Shown: positions 12,901 to 27,620, numbered from the stretch's first letter. The stretch is DNA of 64,000 bases from Felis catus (GCF_018350175.1 NC_058368.1:120716001-120780000); one strand, 5' to 3'. Numbers and translations: made by a program. The notes: generated by a model not told the origin, from the sequence alone.

Positions 12901-15615
12901 TCTTTCTCCACTTGTTTCTTGTATCTAGAACTTTCTTGCTCAAAAATCTTCATGACTCTTTTCTCACATCATCTAAGTCGGTGATGAAATGTCAGCTCCT
13001 CAAAAAAATCTTCCTTGACCACTCTATACAAAATTTCACATCTTTCCAACCCACTATATATTGCCCTAGTTTAACTTTCCTCTAAGTATAATTGTCTTAA
13101 ATTTTACTATTCAATCATTTGTTTATATATGTTTGTCTGTCTCTCCCAACTGAAATCTGAATTCCTTAGAGCAATAACTATTTGCCTTGTCCAAAGCCAT
13201 ACGCTCAACTGTGCCTACAATAAACATAGCACTCAGTAAATATTAATTGATTGAATATGTTGGCTTAAGTATCAAAACAATGTTTTGGGGCTGTGAAGTT
13301 ACCAACTACATGGTTGGCCAATGAACAAGGAAAAACAATAGCTAATGTACCTACTTCTAGCTGTCAAACTTTATACCCTATTTCATAGTTTAAGGTCTTC
13401 ACTTGGTGTGAAGACACTTCAAATTCATCACGTCCAAACCAAACTACTGCCTTTATTTAACCAGGTTCTCGTCTCACATTACCTATCACTATAAATGGCA
13501 CCATACTTAAGTAATGACTTAGAAACTGCAAACCCTGTACATCATACTTGACTTTTTCTTCTCTTTTATAGTTTGAACATTCAATACATCAAGAACTGTA
13601 TATTTTATTTCATAAATATATGGTCTCTCAAGGCCTTTGCCTATACTGCTCCCTCCCTATGAAGGTACTCCTTTCTGCTTCATTCTTTGCCTAATTAACT
13701 TACAGTCTCAGCTCAAATATCTTTTCCCAACAAAATCTTCTGCAATTCTCATTCTAAATCAGCACCTCCAATCTTACATACTCACAGCAAGTGACTTTTA
13801 CCTCATTTTATAGAATTTTTCTCTTTTATTTCCTTCTTTTTTTTTTTACATTTCTTGCTCTTTACCTTTCATCCAGTTTTTGAAACAGAACTAATTTTGG
13901 TTTTTACAATTATAGTTAGCATTAAAGAAATATTAGATGAATGAATGAATGAGATTGATAATTTTTTTTATTTCCACAAATGCACAAAAATTGCCATCAA
14001 TAATACAGGGACTTAATAAATATTATATGAATAAAATAAACCCAGTTATCAGTGACCTCGTAACTATGAGACACATTTAACTTTTATACACATCCTGGAA
14101 TAGTAAAAACTAATTCCATGGGACATGAATGAATTGATGTCACATATTTTGTTAAAATAATCTACTGGAAAGTCTGGGACAAGTAAAGACAGTGTATTTT
14201 GCACAGGATTAACCCTTTCATAGGTGACAACTACAAATTCTGAACACATCATTTTTAAAACATGGTAATGATTATTCAAAGGCCCTACAGAATTATCAAA
14301 AGCAGGGAAAACGGAAATGGATTCGACCCTTCAAAGCCTGGAACCAAAAAAGATCAGATCCGTGCTTATACGTCTATTCAATGGAAACCACTTTCCATCA
14401 AGACATTCGAATCTCAAGCAGGAAGATGCAGTCTTCCTGAACTGAAGTTTTAGAGAAAAAGTCTAAGATTGTCTGAAAAACTAAAAAATAATGAGAAGCC
14501 AGAGGAAAATCCTAGAAAGGTGAGTGTCACAGAGTAAGGAGCCACAACATATGCACATAAACTTTTCTCTAATCTTTGGCTAATGCCTGTACTACACTTG
14601 TGTGGTAGACACTACAAACTCAGTGGAAGGCAACAATCAGAAACCTGAAAAGGTTTAGGTGATGCTTTAGCTGCTACCCAGAAAACTGGGACTCTACTTA
14701 TATGCATTATATGCATAGCAGAAAGCCTTGGTATTTGAAATTCCAGAGCTTTCCCTTAAAACAACAGAAGGTCCATACTTCATAAGTACTATGGTCTGGA
14801 ACTAAGACTTTCCTAACAAAATGAAATAGATAGGCCAGAAGAGAGTAAAATCAAGGCACTACAAGTGAAGATCATCAGCCTAGTAAGACAAATAACAACA
14901 TTCTGTAGAGAACAAAAGCAGAAAATAGTGTCTCCGTGGTATATTGATATCATCCACGGTGGCCACTTTACTAACTAGATGGTAAAAAACAGAAAATTGG
15001 GACACACAGTCAAGGGAAAAATCCATAAAAATAGACCCTGAGATTACTCAGTTGCTGGATTTAGCAAAAATTACTTTAAATACATTAAATACCTTTAAAT
15101 GGGGGTGGTACAATTAAGATTAATGGGGAATCACAGGAGAGAAATGGAAACTTTAAAGAAAGAACCAAACAGAAATCCAAAAACTTAATAGTATCAGAAA
15201 TGAAAAAGTCACTAGATGGCTTATAAACAAATTGAAGAGGACAGAAGAAATTATTAGTTAACTTGAAGACAGATACATAGAAAGTAAGCTGAATATAGTA
15301 AAAGACTGAAAAAAAAATTTACAGACTCATGACTTGTGTAAATAATGTCACACGCTACAATGTGAACATAACTGAAGTCTTACAAGATAACGGTGTGAAT
15401 AAGATTGCAAGAATTTAATGAATGGTAGAAAGTACCCAAGTTTGATAGAAAATAGTCATTTGGAAATTCTAATAAGTTTAGAAAAGTATAAAAAGAAAAT
15501 CTTAAAAGAATACAGAGAAAAATTACACCTTACATACAGAACTATAACCATGACACTTAAATTTTCAACAGAAACAAGGAGGCTAGAAGAAAACGATAAT
15601 CAAAGTACAAGCATG

Positions 15616-15683
15616 GGGGCACCAGGGTGGCTCAGTTGGTTAAGTATCCAACTCTTGATTTCTGTTCAAGTCATGATCTCACA
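15616..15683 (+). mobile_element. 3'-truncated CAN-SINE head
   Basis: ggggcaccagggtggctcagttgg...gtcatgatctca. Confidence 0.8.
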
Positions 15684-16362
15684 TGAACTGGGCTATGAAA
15701 AATGCTATATAAAGCTCTTCGTTTCGAAAGGAAACCAACCCAAATTGAAACTTAGATCTAGAAGAAGCATCAAGAATACCAGAAATTGCCAATACATGGA
15801 TAAATAGAAAAGTCAAATTTTTATTTTCTAAATTTCTTTAAATAACAATTATTGTTTAAAGTAAAATATAACATTGGGTTGTAGAGTTTATAATATTTAT
15901 AGTAGTAAAATATATGGCAACAACAGTAAGTTGTGGAACAAACTTAAGTGGAACAAAAGGAAATACTGTATATTGTTTCAAGATTCTTACACTTTACATT
16001 TATAAAAATACTGTTATAGATTAAGATTATAATCACTTTTATAAACTACCTATAGGTAAGGATAAAGCTAAAAGCCCAGGGAGAAATTAAAGTGAAATAC
16101 TTTAAAATATCCCCTTACCCCACAAGAGACATTTAAAAAACTGAGTATGTAGCAAATTGCAAAATAGTAGGCTTAACCCAACCATATCAACCATTACTTT
16201 AAATAAAAATGGACCACATACTGCAGTTATAAGGCAAAAATTCAGATTGTATAAAAAAGACAACTGTATGTTATCTACAAAAGCCACACTTTAGTATCAA
16301 CATGGCACCATGCTAAGAGCAAAAGGATTTGAGAAAGTAAGCACAAGAAATCTGAAATACAA

Positions 16363-16592
16363 AACAAGCTAAGAAAAAAGCAAAAAAACAGACTCAAATA
16401 CAGAGAAAAAACTGGGACTTGACCGAGAAAAGGTGGGGGCGGGAAGAGGAGTGAAAGAAATAAAGGGAATTAAGATTACACTTATCTTGATCAAGTGTGT
16501 ACTTAATGTATAGAATTGTGGAATCATTATATTGTATACCCAAAACTAAGAGAACACTGTATTAATTTTACTTCAATCTGAGAAAAGAAAAA
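16363..16592 (+). mobile_element. Carnivore L1 3'-end fragment
   Basis: Typical L1 3'UTR (cagactcaaatacagag...gaatcattatattgtatacc). Degenerate TSD aagaaatctgaaatac / aagcaatctaaaatac. Confidence 0.65.
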
Positions 16593-18076
16593 GCAATCTA
16601 AAATACTAAAGAGTAAAGAGTAGTAACTCTCTGGTTTGGATTGGGAGATGGCCTGGCTCTAAGCAGAACTAACTCTCAGGCTTAGCCAGGCAGTCAGGAC
16701 AACAGCTCTGGTACTCAAAGCACAAAACCAGCAACAGGCACCAAGACGGAATGCGGGAACACCTGGTAAAGTACTAAACAAGCTTCTGACGGCCAAAGCT
16801 GGAGCAATGTGAACCACAAAATAAATCTGAAATGGAACTATTAAAACAAAAGCCAAGAAAAAAGTATTTTCAGAGAGAAAGAGCAACGTTTCTTAATTAT
16901 AATAGGGTAAGTTCATCACAAAGGAATAACAATTCTAAATATGCATGTACCTAATAATGGAGATTCAAAATACACAAAACACACAGCAATAAAACGAAAG
17001 AGAGAAAGAGACAAACCCCTAATTATATTGGAAGATTTTATCCCCCTTACTTTAGTTGAAAGCAAAGATAGACAAGATTTGAACATTATCAGCCACTTTG
17101 ATCTATGTGGTATTTGTAGAGGATTACATGCAAAACTGGCAAGTAGAAAATTAATGAAGAGCATATAATGGGCCATAAGAAAGGCTAAAAACTAACCAAA
17201 AACAAGGAAATCCTACAGACTTTGTTTCCTGATTACCACAGAATTGTATTAAAAATAAATAACCAAGTGCTATATAGATATCCTCTCAAACTCTTTGGAA
17301 ATTAAACACACTTCTAAATATCGCACGGACCAAATATCTTGTACTTACACAAGAAAAAAAAAAGTATTTGAGTAAATGATATTGAAAAAAAACATCAAAA
17401 TCTGTGGGCTGAAGCAGCATTTACATGAATCTTTATCTCTAAGTATTGGCATTAAGAGAGAAGCTAAATTAGCAGTCAGATTATACCCCAGTTAAGTAGA
17501 AGGAAGGGGGGAAAAATGGGAGAAATCTATGAAATAAGAAACAGTGTAAAAAAAAATGCTAAAAACCTAGTAAGATCAAAAGCAAAAAGCAAAAAAAAAC
17601 ATAATATTGGGGGATTATATCAAAACAATATTACCAATATTAAAGATGTTAAGGGAGTGTTACAATTGTCTACCAATTAATATGATAACTTGCATGAAAT
17701 GGACCAATTTTTAAAATACAACTTGCCAAATGTGACTGAAGGAGAAATAGAATATATGAGTAGTCTTTTAACAATTAAAGAAATTGACTTTATTGGCACA
17801 AAAAAAAAATCATCCCACAAAATTCCATGGCCATATCATTTCACTGTTGAATTCTAACATTTAAGAGAGTATTACTGCTTGCAAAAAGTATAAAATCTTT
17901 CAGAAAATAAAAAAGGAATAATTATTTTTCAATTCAATTTATGAAACTACCTTAGGCCTGACACCACATGAAAACACAGATATAAATAAGAAAATAATGT
18001 CATATATACATACTATCATGAACAGACACCCGAAAATCCTTGAGAAAATATTAACAAATCATATCTACCCCTGGCT

Positions 18077-18520
18077 GGGCACCAGGGTGGCTCAGTTGGT
18101 TAAGCGTCTGACTTCTGCTCAGGTCATGATTTCACAGTTTGTGGGTTTGAGCCCCCCATAGGGCTCTGTGCTGACAGCTCAGAGCCTGGAGCCTGCTTCA
18201 GATTCTGTGTCTCCCTCTTTCTGCCCCTCCTCCACTCATTCTCTATTTCTCAAAAAATGAATAAACATTAAAAATTTTTTTTAGGGGCGCCTGGGTGGCG
18301 CAGTCGGTTAAGCGTCCGACTTCAGCCAGGTCACGATCTCGCGGTCCGGGAGTTCGAGCCCCGCGTCAGGCTCTGGGCTGATGGCTCAGAGCCTGGAGCC
18401 TGTTTCAGATTCTGTGTCCCCTTTCTCTCTGCCCCTCCCCCGTTCATGCTCTGTCTCTCTCTGTCCCAAAAATAAATAAAAAACGTTGAAAAAAAATTTA
18501 AAAAAAATTTTTTTTTTTTA
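18077..18520 (+). mobile_element. Two tandem CAN-SINEs (older 18077-18273; young 18284-~18505 inserted in its tail)
   Basis: Two SINE heads. aaaaatttttttt is duplicated around the second copy. Confidence 0.95.
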
Positions 18521-19493
18521 AATCTAGCACTGGTAAAAAGAATGATATAAACAGTTGCTTTTAACCAGGTATGTAGATTACTTTAATTAATTTACTTAAA
18601 TTAATTAAATCGGTTTAATATTTGAAAAATTCCTCAGTGTAAATTACCTAAAAAACAGCATGAAGTAGAAAATCCACATACTGTAATTATCTCAATAGAC
18701 ATAAAACAACTGAGAAAATTCAATGTCCATTCATGACTTTTTTAAAAACTCTCAGGAAACTGTGAGTGAGTGGAAAAACTGTTCAATCTGATAAAGGACA
18801 TTGATAAAATGCCTACAGTGAGTACATTTAATGGTGCTAGGATTTCAGAAGGTCTCCTCTCAGCACTTAACATTCAACATTATCCTGAAGGACCTAGACA
18901 GCGCCCTGAGCTAAACAAAAACAAAAACAAAAGCAATTCAGGGCATTAGTATGGAAAAACAGTCAGTCAATCTATGTCTATTCAGATTTATATGATATCA
19001 ACAGAATAGGGCAAGAAAGCTACAACCGACTACTAAAATTAGTAAGTGAATTCAGCAAGGCTTCATGAAACAAGATCACTAAAAAATCAATTATGTTCTA
19101 TATACTGAATATAAAATTTTACAAATTTCATTTAAAGCAACATGAAAAACTTATGGTGAAATTTAGCATGAACATGCCCTATCTCTATAACAAAACCTTT
19201 GAAACACTGCTGAATAAAAATGAAAACATCTACACAAATTGAGAGGTGTAACATACTCATGGATTGGAATACTCAATGCTCTTTAGATATCATTTTTTCC
19301 AAATTGATGTGTATACTCAATACACTCCCAATAAACCTCACAAAAGATTTTTTTTAAAAAGAAATAGTTGAATAGTCAATTTATCCACAATAGACTATAA
19401 AACTAGAGTTATCAAGAAAGTGGCATTGGCATAATGATAATCAAATAGATGGAGTAAAATAAATAATCCAGGAATACAGTCATGTATAAAAAC

Positions 19494-19584
19494 TACAGCT
19501 GACCTTTGAACAAGAGGTTTGAATTATGTTGGTCCATTTATAAATGGATTTTTTAATCTTTATTTATTTATTTAGAGGCGGGGG

Positions 19585-19623
<39 letters not shown>

Positions 19624-20045
19624 GGGGAAGGGTAGAGAGAGGAGACAAAGAATCCCAAGGAGGCTCCTGCTGTCAGCACAGAGCTGGACATGGGGTTCAA
19701 ATTCACAAACTGTGAGATCAAGACCTGAGCCAAAATCAAGAGTCAGTCGCTTAACTGACTGAGCCACCCCGGCATCCCTGCATGGATTTTTTTGATACAG
19801 TGCCATGCTATATATGTATTTTCTTTTTTATTTTCTTAATAATGTTTCCTTCTAGCTTACTTTATTATAAGAATATAACATATAATGCATGTAACATACA
19901 AAATATGTTAATCAGCTGTTTATGTTATGGATAAGGCTTCTGATCAATAATTGACTATTAGTAGTTAGGTTTTGGGAGTCATGGATTTTTGACTGTGTAG
20001 GGGGTTAGCACCCCTAAGTCCTGCACTCTTCAAGGGACAACTGTA
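19494..20045 (+). mobile_element. Tigger2a-like DNA transposon interrupted by a SINE
   Basis: TIRs ta-cagctgacctttgaa ... ttcaagggacaactg-ta with TA TSD. Confidence 0.85.
19549..19778 (-). mobile_element. CAN-SINE within Tigger2a
   Basis: Reverse head gagccaccccggcatccc, (GA)n. TSD atggattttt. Confidence 0.92.
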
Positions 20046-20696
20046 CAGTCAAAACATTTTTGTCAAAGGATCCAATGAACTTTAATAAGGAAAGGAAAAT
20101 GTTTCAAATGATGTAAAACAATCAAATATAAGGAAAAAATAAACAAATTTCTACCTCACATCACACAGTAAAATAAAAAGCTTCTAAAAGAAAACATGGG
20201 GAAAATAGCACAAGAACAGAAATATCTTTGTAATATTGGAGTAAGTAAAGATTTCTTAGAATGATTTCCTACAGAGGACCCAAAAATTTCTTAGAGGACA
20301 CAGACTGGCAAAAATATATATGTGAATTCAGAATGTATAATGAACCACTAGAAATCATTAATAAGATGATAAACCATTTAAACCTTATAACACACTTTAT
20401 GAAAGAAGATATATAAATGGCCAGAATGAATGTGAGAAGATACATACTCAAGATCATTAACCTTCAAGTCAATGGAAAAGCTACAACAATGTATCATTTC
20501 ACCCTCAATGGAATGGATAAACCTGAAGAGACTGACAATACCAAATGTGGGTCAGGTATGAAACTGAGAGTTACATACATTTCTAGAGAAAATGTACAAT
20601 TAGACATACACCTATCAACTTCTTTTCAAGACATTTACCTGAGATGAGTGAAAACCTAAGTCCCTCCCTCCCACAGACACACACAGAAGAGTTCTG

Positions 20697-21378
20697 TGAT
20701 AGACAAAGGCCAATACCATATGATTTCACTTACATGTGAAATTTAAGAAACAACACAAACAAAGGGAGAAAAGGGAGAAGAGGGAGAGGGAGAGAGAGAG
20801 AGAGAGAGACCAAAAAAAAAAAAAAACCAAACCAACAAACAAAACAAAACAAAACAAAACCCAGACTATTAACTATAGAGAACAGATGATTGCCAGAAGG
20901 GAGGTGGGTGTGGGAATGGGTTTAACAGGTTAAGGGATTAAGAGCACACTTACCTTTCTCTGTACCATATGTTTTCAGTCTTATGTGGATCCTGAGAAAC
21001 TTAACAGAAGACCATGGGGGAGGGGAAGAAAAAAAAAAAAAAAGAGGGAGGGAGCCAAAGCATAAGAGACTCTTAAAAACTGAGAACAAACTGAGGGTTG
21101 ATGGGGGGGTGGGAGAGAAAGTGGGTGATGGGCATTGAGGAGGACACCTGTTGGGATGAGCACTGGGTGTTGTATGGAAACCGATTTGACAATAAAGTTC
21201 ATATTTAAAAAATAAATAAATAAAATAAAAATTTTTTTTAAAAATTTTAAAAAAAGAGCACACCTATCTTGAGTACTGAATAATGTATGGACTTGCTGAA
21301 TCACTATACCGCACACCTGAAACTAATGTTGAACACCGTATGTTAACTACACTGGAACTAAAATAAACTTTAAAAAAC
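20697..21378 (+). mobile_element. Carnivore L1 3' end containing a nested younger feline L1 3' end (~20957-21253)
   Basis: Two L1 3'UTR types. The inner one is flanked by aagagcacacttacct / aagagcacacctatct. Confidence 0.8.
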
Positions 21379-21829
21379 TAGTTTGTTCCTAATATCCAAA
21401 AGTGAAGGCCATGCAAATGCTCATCACTAAGAAAATAAATAACCAATTTATGGTATATCCATACAATTGAGTATTTCTCTAGCAACTAAAACGAATGATG
21501 TATAAGTGTAACAATATGGATGAACTCCCAGAACATGTGTTTGAGCAAAATAAAGCAGAAACAAAGATTTCATACTCTATAATACCATTTATATAAATTC
21601 TAAGAGTAGGCAAAATAATCTGTGATGCCAGAAACAAAACAGTATCCATTGGAGGGTGGATTTTGACTGGAACAGGGTAAGAGGGAATTTGGGGGTGGTA
21701 ATAGGAATGTTCTACATCTTGATTTGGGTGGTAATTACACAAATGTACATTTATTAAAATATATTCAATTTTACACTTAGGTTCTGTGTAATACACTGCA
21801 TGTTAACTTTACCTCAATAAACATATTTT

Positions 21830-22121
21830 AAAATTTTAAAACCCTTATTTTAATAAAATTGGTTTGGAAAACACCAGGTGTACCAAAGTTGAACAGATTC
21901 CTTTCCTGCGGGACTTCTCAGAGCCTTTAAGAAAACAAATACGCATTGTAAATGTCGGTGAAAAAATACAACCTTTAATATTTCCCCTAGTTATTTGTTT
22001 CTTCTTCCCTCTTCCTCTTATTCAAGAGCATCTTGAAGCACTAGTCCGTCCTCGGAAAAAGCTTTTGAAAGTACTGCTCTAATGGCATCTTCCATCAGAG
22101 GAGATAGTTGCCTGGGCAACA
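21830..22121 (-). pseudogene. Terminal exon: (V)LPRQLSPLMEDAIRAVLSKAFSEDGLVLQDALE* plus ~170-nt 3'UTR
   Basis: Acceptor tttgcatttttcctcctctacag|TG (phase 1, matches the upstream donor). Stop TAA at 22020-22018. ATTAAA on the minus strand at 21854-21849. Confidence 0.8.
21849..21854 (-). terminator. Putative polyadenylation signal ATTAAA of the minus-strand gene
   Basis: Plus-strand tttaat, about 165 nt past the stop codon and just before the old L1 3' end. Confidence 0.45.
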
Positions 22122-24299
22122 CTGTAGAGGAGGAAAAATGCAAAGTGACCACGCTGATAGGATCCTGGTTGGAAACCAATTCGCTTGAGTGATGAGAAAT
22201 TTTAGCCATCAAATTTTTGCAACTCATACATTTTTTATTCCTGTAACACATGGTAGTAAATAATGTAGGACTTTTCTCCTTTTCCAAGAACTCTTGGCCT
22301 ATTTGTACAGACAGTACCAGAGAACTATTGCATTTTACATTTCCATTCATGGAAATTCATCCAGTTGGGCTGTTCTCTAGGAGTGGAATTATTTATATTT
22401 AGACTATAAATGATATTGTACCCTTCAAGGCCCAACTCAAATGCTGCCTTCATGAATCGTTCATAAAGCCTTTTCAGATCCTCTACGAACATTAACTATC
22501 CTCTTTTTCTCTGAACATCTCACACTCTCTTGGTCCTTATTATTTTCTGTCTTTTATTGGCATTTTATGTAGTTTTCGTATCTCACTAGATGTACAGAAG
22601 CTTTATCTCTCTGTTACACAAATAGCTCAGAGTGAATTCTTAATTCTTGTTGAAATAATGAATGAGCACTTGATATGATCATTTTAACAGAGAAGCTTCA
22701 GTCTCTGAAATCAGATAAATGCATTCTAGGGAAGGGCTTCTCCTATGTTACTTTATAATATTGTTTCTCCTGGAAGCATCCCTAAGAAAACTGAATGCCT
22801 GCTTTGTCTCACTGAAATCAGTAAGCTACGTCATTTTGATTGATAAGCTCCCTGCCAGGGACATAGATCAGGGACACCAATGGATATATCCTTAGCACCT
22901 ACCTTGTAAATCACACTCAATTAAGTACTGTCAATTGCCAAATATACTAACAAAATGTTACCATTTGTTATGTCATCAAAGCTGAATATAACCTAAATGT
23001 TGATCTTAGATATGTCCCCACCCCACCCCCCAAAAAACCTAGATATTTGAATTCCTATGTAAATTCTTAGGAAAGCCCTTTATTTCTGCAATAGGCCTGT
23101 ACCTACAGGACTCCCTTGAGGTAGTGAAATTCCACATACAAAGAGAGTACTCATGGAGAAAAACTTTGGTTTTTAGCTAAAATCAAAGAACGTGAAGATG
23201 GAAGGGATCACCTTCTCACCACATAAAGGCAAAACCAGAAGAAATTAGGTGATGCACACAACGTGATGACGTTAAAGAGACAGGCACATCTAGAATTCTT
23301 ATCACCTAAAACCTGATTCAAGGACTGTTTCAGCTAGTTAATACAGTTTCTTTTCAAAGAACTTATAGGTATCAGCAATTAACCAGTGAATGTCTATGTG
23401 CTTGAAAACTGAAGATGTTTAGTTGTGACCACACTATTTTGCCACAGGTGGGCTGCTGACCATCTGAATGGTGGTCTACAAACAATCTAGGCTTGCCATG
23501 AGAACACAGGTAAAATAAAGTTCTAAACATTCAATAAAAATCAGAAGAGGAGGCTCAAGAAATGAAGCATCAGGTGGGAGAAACATTACAATAAGAATGA
23601 ATCATGCATGCAGCATTAAGTTTCCCTAAGATGGCCAGTTGGGTACATTTGGGATGAGGTGAAAGGAACACATTTTACTCTTGTCCTACTTTGAATTCCG
23701 TACCCTAGTATTACCTATTCAAAATATAAAAATAGAGATTGTAGGCATTTTTAGAATTTAAAAATTTAAATACATAAGTCATCTCTGAAAAAGCTACAAT
23801 CATCAAGCGCATCTTAGTCTAGCAAGTAACAAGTGAAAATGTGGAAACATTATAGAGAATAAAGCTAACCTAACGGGTCTCCAGGCATTTGAAAATGATA
23901 CTCCCTTGCTGCTAGTACTTATCTTTTTCCTTCTGCCATTAATTGGACCCATTTTACAAAGCCTACTGTAATTGCCAATCACCTTCATAATGTCTTTAAT
24001 GATTGCTCTGGCTCCCACGAAGTCTTACTTTCTAAACTCTGGCAGACCTTACCACCTGTAGCACCCATGACAGGTCCCCACCTACATTCAGACACTTCCT
24101 CCTAACACTCCTCCTTCTGTTCTAGCCACAGTTGGCCTTTTTTCTGTTTTTCAAACATACCAAGCTCATTCCTGAATCAAGGATTGATCCTTACTATTCC
24201 CTCTACCTGGAATCTGTTCCTCTAATCTCTGCATGGCTGGCTGCTTCTTGTGACTCAAGACTTCATTCAGAGCCTTCTCTGGACCACCCCATCTAAAAA

Positions 24300-24504
24300 T
24301 TGTTTTAACATTTATTTTTGAGAGAGAAAGAGAGTGTGAGCACAAGAAGAGCAGAGAGAGAGAGGGAGACACAGAATTCGAAGCAGGCTTTAGGCTCTGA
24401 GCTGTCAGCACAGAGCCCAAAGCGGGGCTCGAACTCACTGAACCATGAGATCATGACCTGATCAGAAGTAGAATGCTTAACTGACTGAGCCACCCAGGTA
24501 CACC
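24300..24504 (-). mobile_element. CAN-SINE within an L2 remnant
   Basis: Reverse SINE motifs (ctgactgagccacccagg). Confidence 0.92.
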
Positions 24505-26389
24505 TGGACCATCTATTCTAAAGTAACATTTCTCCCATCCTCCACCACCCATCTCCCATAAATATTTATCATATCATCCTGTCTTATTTTCTTCTTTGCA
24601 CTGAAAGTATCAGAAATTATCTTCCTCAGTTCTATGTTTACTTATTTTCTGGTTTTCTTCGTGGTTATGTAAACTCCATAAAGGTAAGAACTTTTTCTTG
24701 TTCACCATGTGGCTGCAGCTCCTAGTTCAGTGCCTGACACATAATAGATGTTTGATAAATATTTGCAAGTAGTACTGATTATTTCATTATATATCTCCCC
24801 AATTAAATTTCAACTTCCCTATACCCAAGAACTATAATTCATGTTTCCTCTGTCTCCCCTATGGCTTGTAGCAAAGATCCAGGCAAGTCTGCCTTGCATA
24901 ACTACCTGTTGATTGATCAGATTTTTGTGACTATGACACAAGATGGTTAATAGCAGGAAAATTACAAACAGGTGATTTTGGGGGGAGAGTTTATGGATGA
25001 TGTGATTTAACTGTTTCCACAGATCTAGAATAGGTGAGGAGACAACTTATCACTTGACAGAGTCCATAAACACCTCCGCTCTGCAGTACCTTATGAAAAC
25101 CCAATTGTCAATACTAGTTAAGTCTGAGGTTTGCTGATCCCCAGAGTATTTTTACTAAAGAGATAAAGTAATGCATTAAAATGCAAATTCTGCTGTGCTG
25201 CCTGTCTGCTTTGCATTTAGGGAACATCTTCCTCCCAAAGAACTCAAACAAGTGGCAACAACTCTAACATAAAATACAGTATACATCACACACAGTCCAA
25301 ATGAGTCGAAATACTAACTTGTGGGAGTTGTTCTAAAAATCTTTCTTGGCAGCATGGTATACACACTTGAAAAAATGCAGATACAGTTACTGGGAATGAA
25401 AGTTGGGTGGTTCACTTGGTCTCTGAAACTTAAATTCTCAGTAGACCAGGGGAGAGAGTGAGGTGGCGTAAGATCAGGACCCGCACTGCCACCTAAAGGG
25501 TCCATGCACACATCATGGACAAAGCCAGAAGCTGACACTAGACCTCCTTCCCAGGTCTCAGTTAAGTAATTCTAGTAACTGAGAGAATTAAGAACTTGGA
25601 TTATTTAAACACTCAAGTAATATTTATTGAGTACCTACTACATAAATGCCAGGATGTCACCATGAAAACCTAAAACAGGTGTCTGCCTCCAGAGTGTATT
25701 TAGGAGGATAGGGGAGTAAGGAAGCATCTTCAATACAGTCTCATGGGGCTCTGATGGAGATAAAGATAGAATTAGGTATCCTTCATAGGTACCCTATTTT
25801 GGAAGATTAGAAAAAGTTCCTCAAGGACATGCTATCTTGGAGGAAGCATAAATTACGAGGAGGAGTTAGCCAGAATAATAGCAAGGAGAAGAGTTCCATA
25901 CCCAAAAAACAAAACGTACATAAGCCCACATGCAGAGGAAGTACGGAATATGAAGGGACATTTAAATAAATAATACAGGTGGATTTTAGAGCATACAAGA
26001 CATTCTGAAAATAGAGCCGTGATATAACTATAATCCATTTTATTAGGATATAACAAAAACAGATGTCCTATTAAACAAACAAACAAACAAACAAAGACTT
26101 CCCTGGTCTTATAGCCAGTCAACACAGTTCCTGAAAGAGAGGGATACCACTATTCTCCAAGCACACCATTCAAATAACCCCCCTGACAAGAATATCCTGT
26201 CTACTATGTCACTGACCCCCGTCCAACGCAACTGACAACATGGATCCACACAGTCTAGTGGCAAAGTCTGTATGTCTGCAGACACTTTGCCTCCGTCATT
26301 TGCTTAGCTGGGACCTTTCATCTCCTGTCGCCACCTCACACACAAGTGCCCCTTGCTGCTTTGTTTGCAGAAGCACCAAAACTTCTCAC

Positions 26390-26697
26390 CAAGAACAGCT
26401 TCAGTCGTATGATTATTCCCAATATGCAGGATTAATGTGTAGAGCAATGTCAATCTGCTATAATCCATCACACAATCAGATGATGGCCTTGCTTTAATGA
26501 GTGCATTATGTAGAGTGACATTATTAATTAAGCCACAATATGGCAGAGCAGGCATATCAAGGAGAAAAATCCAATACCGTAAGTAGCCATCTGTAGTCTT
26601 TGATTTCAGAACCACAGCCCAGATGTCACTCTTCTTAGGGGACAATTTGGCAGGGTCCACTCTGTCAAGACAGGTGTCAGTGGCACACCTCCATGTG
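26390..26697 (-). pseudogene. Exon, 308 nt, phase 2>1, fully open: TWRCATDTCLDRVDPAKLSPKKSDIWAVVLKSKTTDGYLRYWIFLLDMPALPYCGLINN...LTLLYTLILHIGNNHTTEAVL
   Basis: Acceptor ggctattctcttag|C, donor CTTG|gtgaga. 102 codons without a stop (overlaps ORF 26304..26660). Confidence 0.8.
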
Positions 26698-27380
26698 CTA
26701 AGAGAATAGCCTGGGTTTGGAAACAGCCTGCCATCAAGAGACTATAGTGGGATAAAGCACAATTCTGTGCAGTGCATTTGTTGGTGAACCAGAGAAGACA
26801 TTTGCAGACACGCATCAAACACGCAACAGATTGATTAACAGTGTCTACACTACTTAAGATAGCCAGGGTTAACAGTGCGTTGGGTATAAAAAAAAAAAAA
26901 AACCAAGAGTGGGAATCATGTAGCCTGGACTCCAGTTCCAGCCCAGCTAGCTACTCATCTCAAAACGCAAGCTTCATTTTATCCATCCAGACAATTGTTG
27001 TCTCCCAGTGCTGACGTTCTGTGACTAGGCGGTTGTCTTTGCAACAGTTCTACAGTGAGAACAACCTCTATTACCATCCTCTGTACTGTTAATGACTTCC
27101 CCTTTCCTACTTGTTTTAATTGCCAGAGTGGAAAAGCACTTCGGGAAAATAAAATCTTAATTAGATATGCTGACCAGGTGGTGCCCATCAGCATGAGAGT
27201 CAGAAGTCATGGGACCTCTTAAAACTAGTTCAAAAGCGCAATGTTTTACAAATATTTGCACATGAAAAGCATACTTTCTCCCAATTTCCCAGTTTTCCCA
27301 ACCATCATGAAAACAACCAACATTTCCTACCAAGCTACTGAGACATTATCAGATAATTCAGCATGAAAATGAAATTTCAC

Positions 27381-27620
27381 TTTTTTTCGGGGGGGGGGGC
27401 ACAAGGGAGCAAGGGGCAGTGGAGAAGAGAGAGAGAGAAAGAAAGAGAAGGACAAAGAGAGAAAGAGAGAAGCGGGGCTCACCTGAAGCAGGGCTCCTGT
27501 TTTTACCTGAAGCAGGGCTAGTGCTCACCTGATGTGAGACTTTAACTGAGGAGAGGAACTGAGAGATCATGACCTGAGCTGAAGTTAGATGCTTAACCAA
27601 CTGAGTCGCCCAGGCACCCC
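27381..27620 (-). mobile_element. CAN-SINE, variant subfamily with internal ctcacctgaagc repeats
   Basis: TSD gaaatttcacttttt. Confidence 0.9.

Larger units (their letters stand above)
14500..21835 (+). mobile_element. Ancient, highly decayed LINE-1 (L1M-type) with nested younger insertions
   Basis: A-rich plus strand. ORF1-like sequence at ~15000-15600. Endonuclease remnant (ORF 16941..17168: HVPNN, LIILEDF). RT-like sequence at 17.6-19.4 kb. Old L1M 3'UTR at 21400-21830. Boundaries are approximate. Confidence 0.8.
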
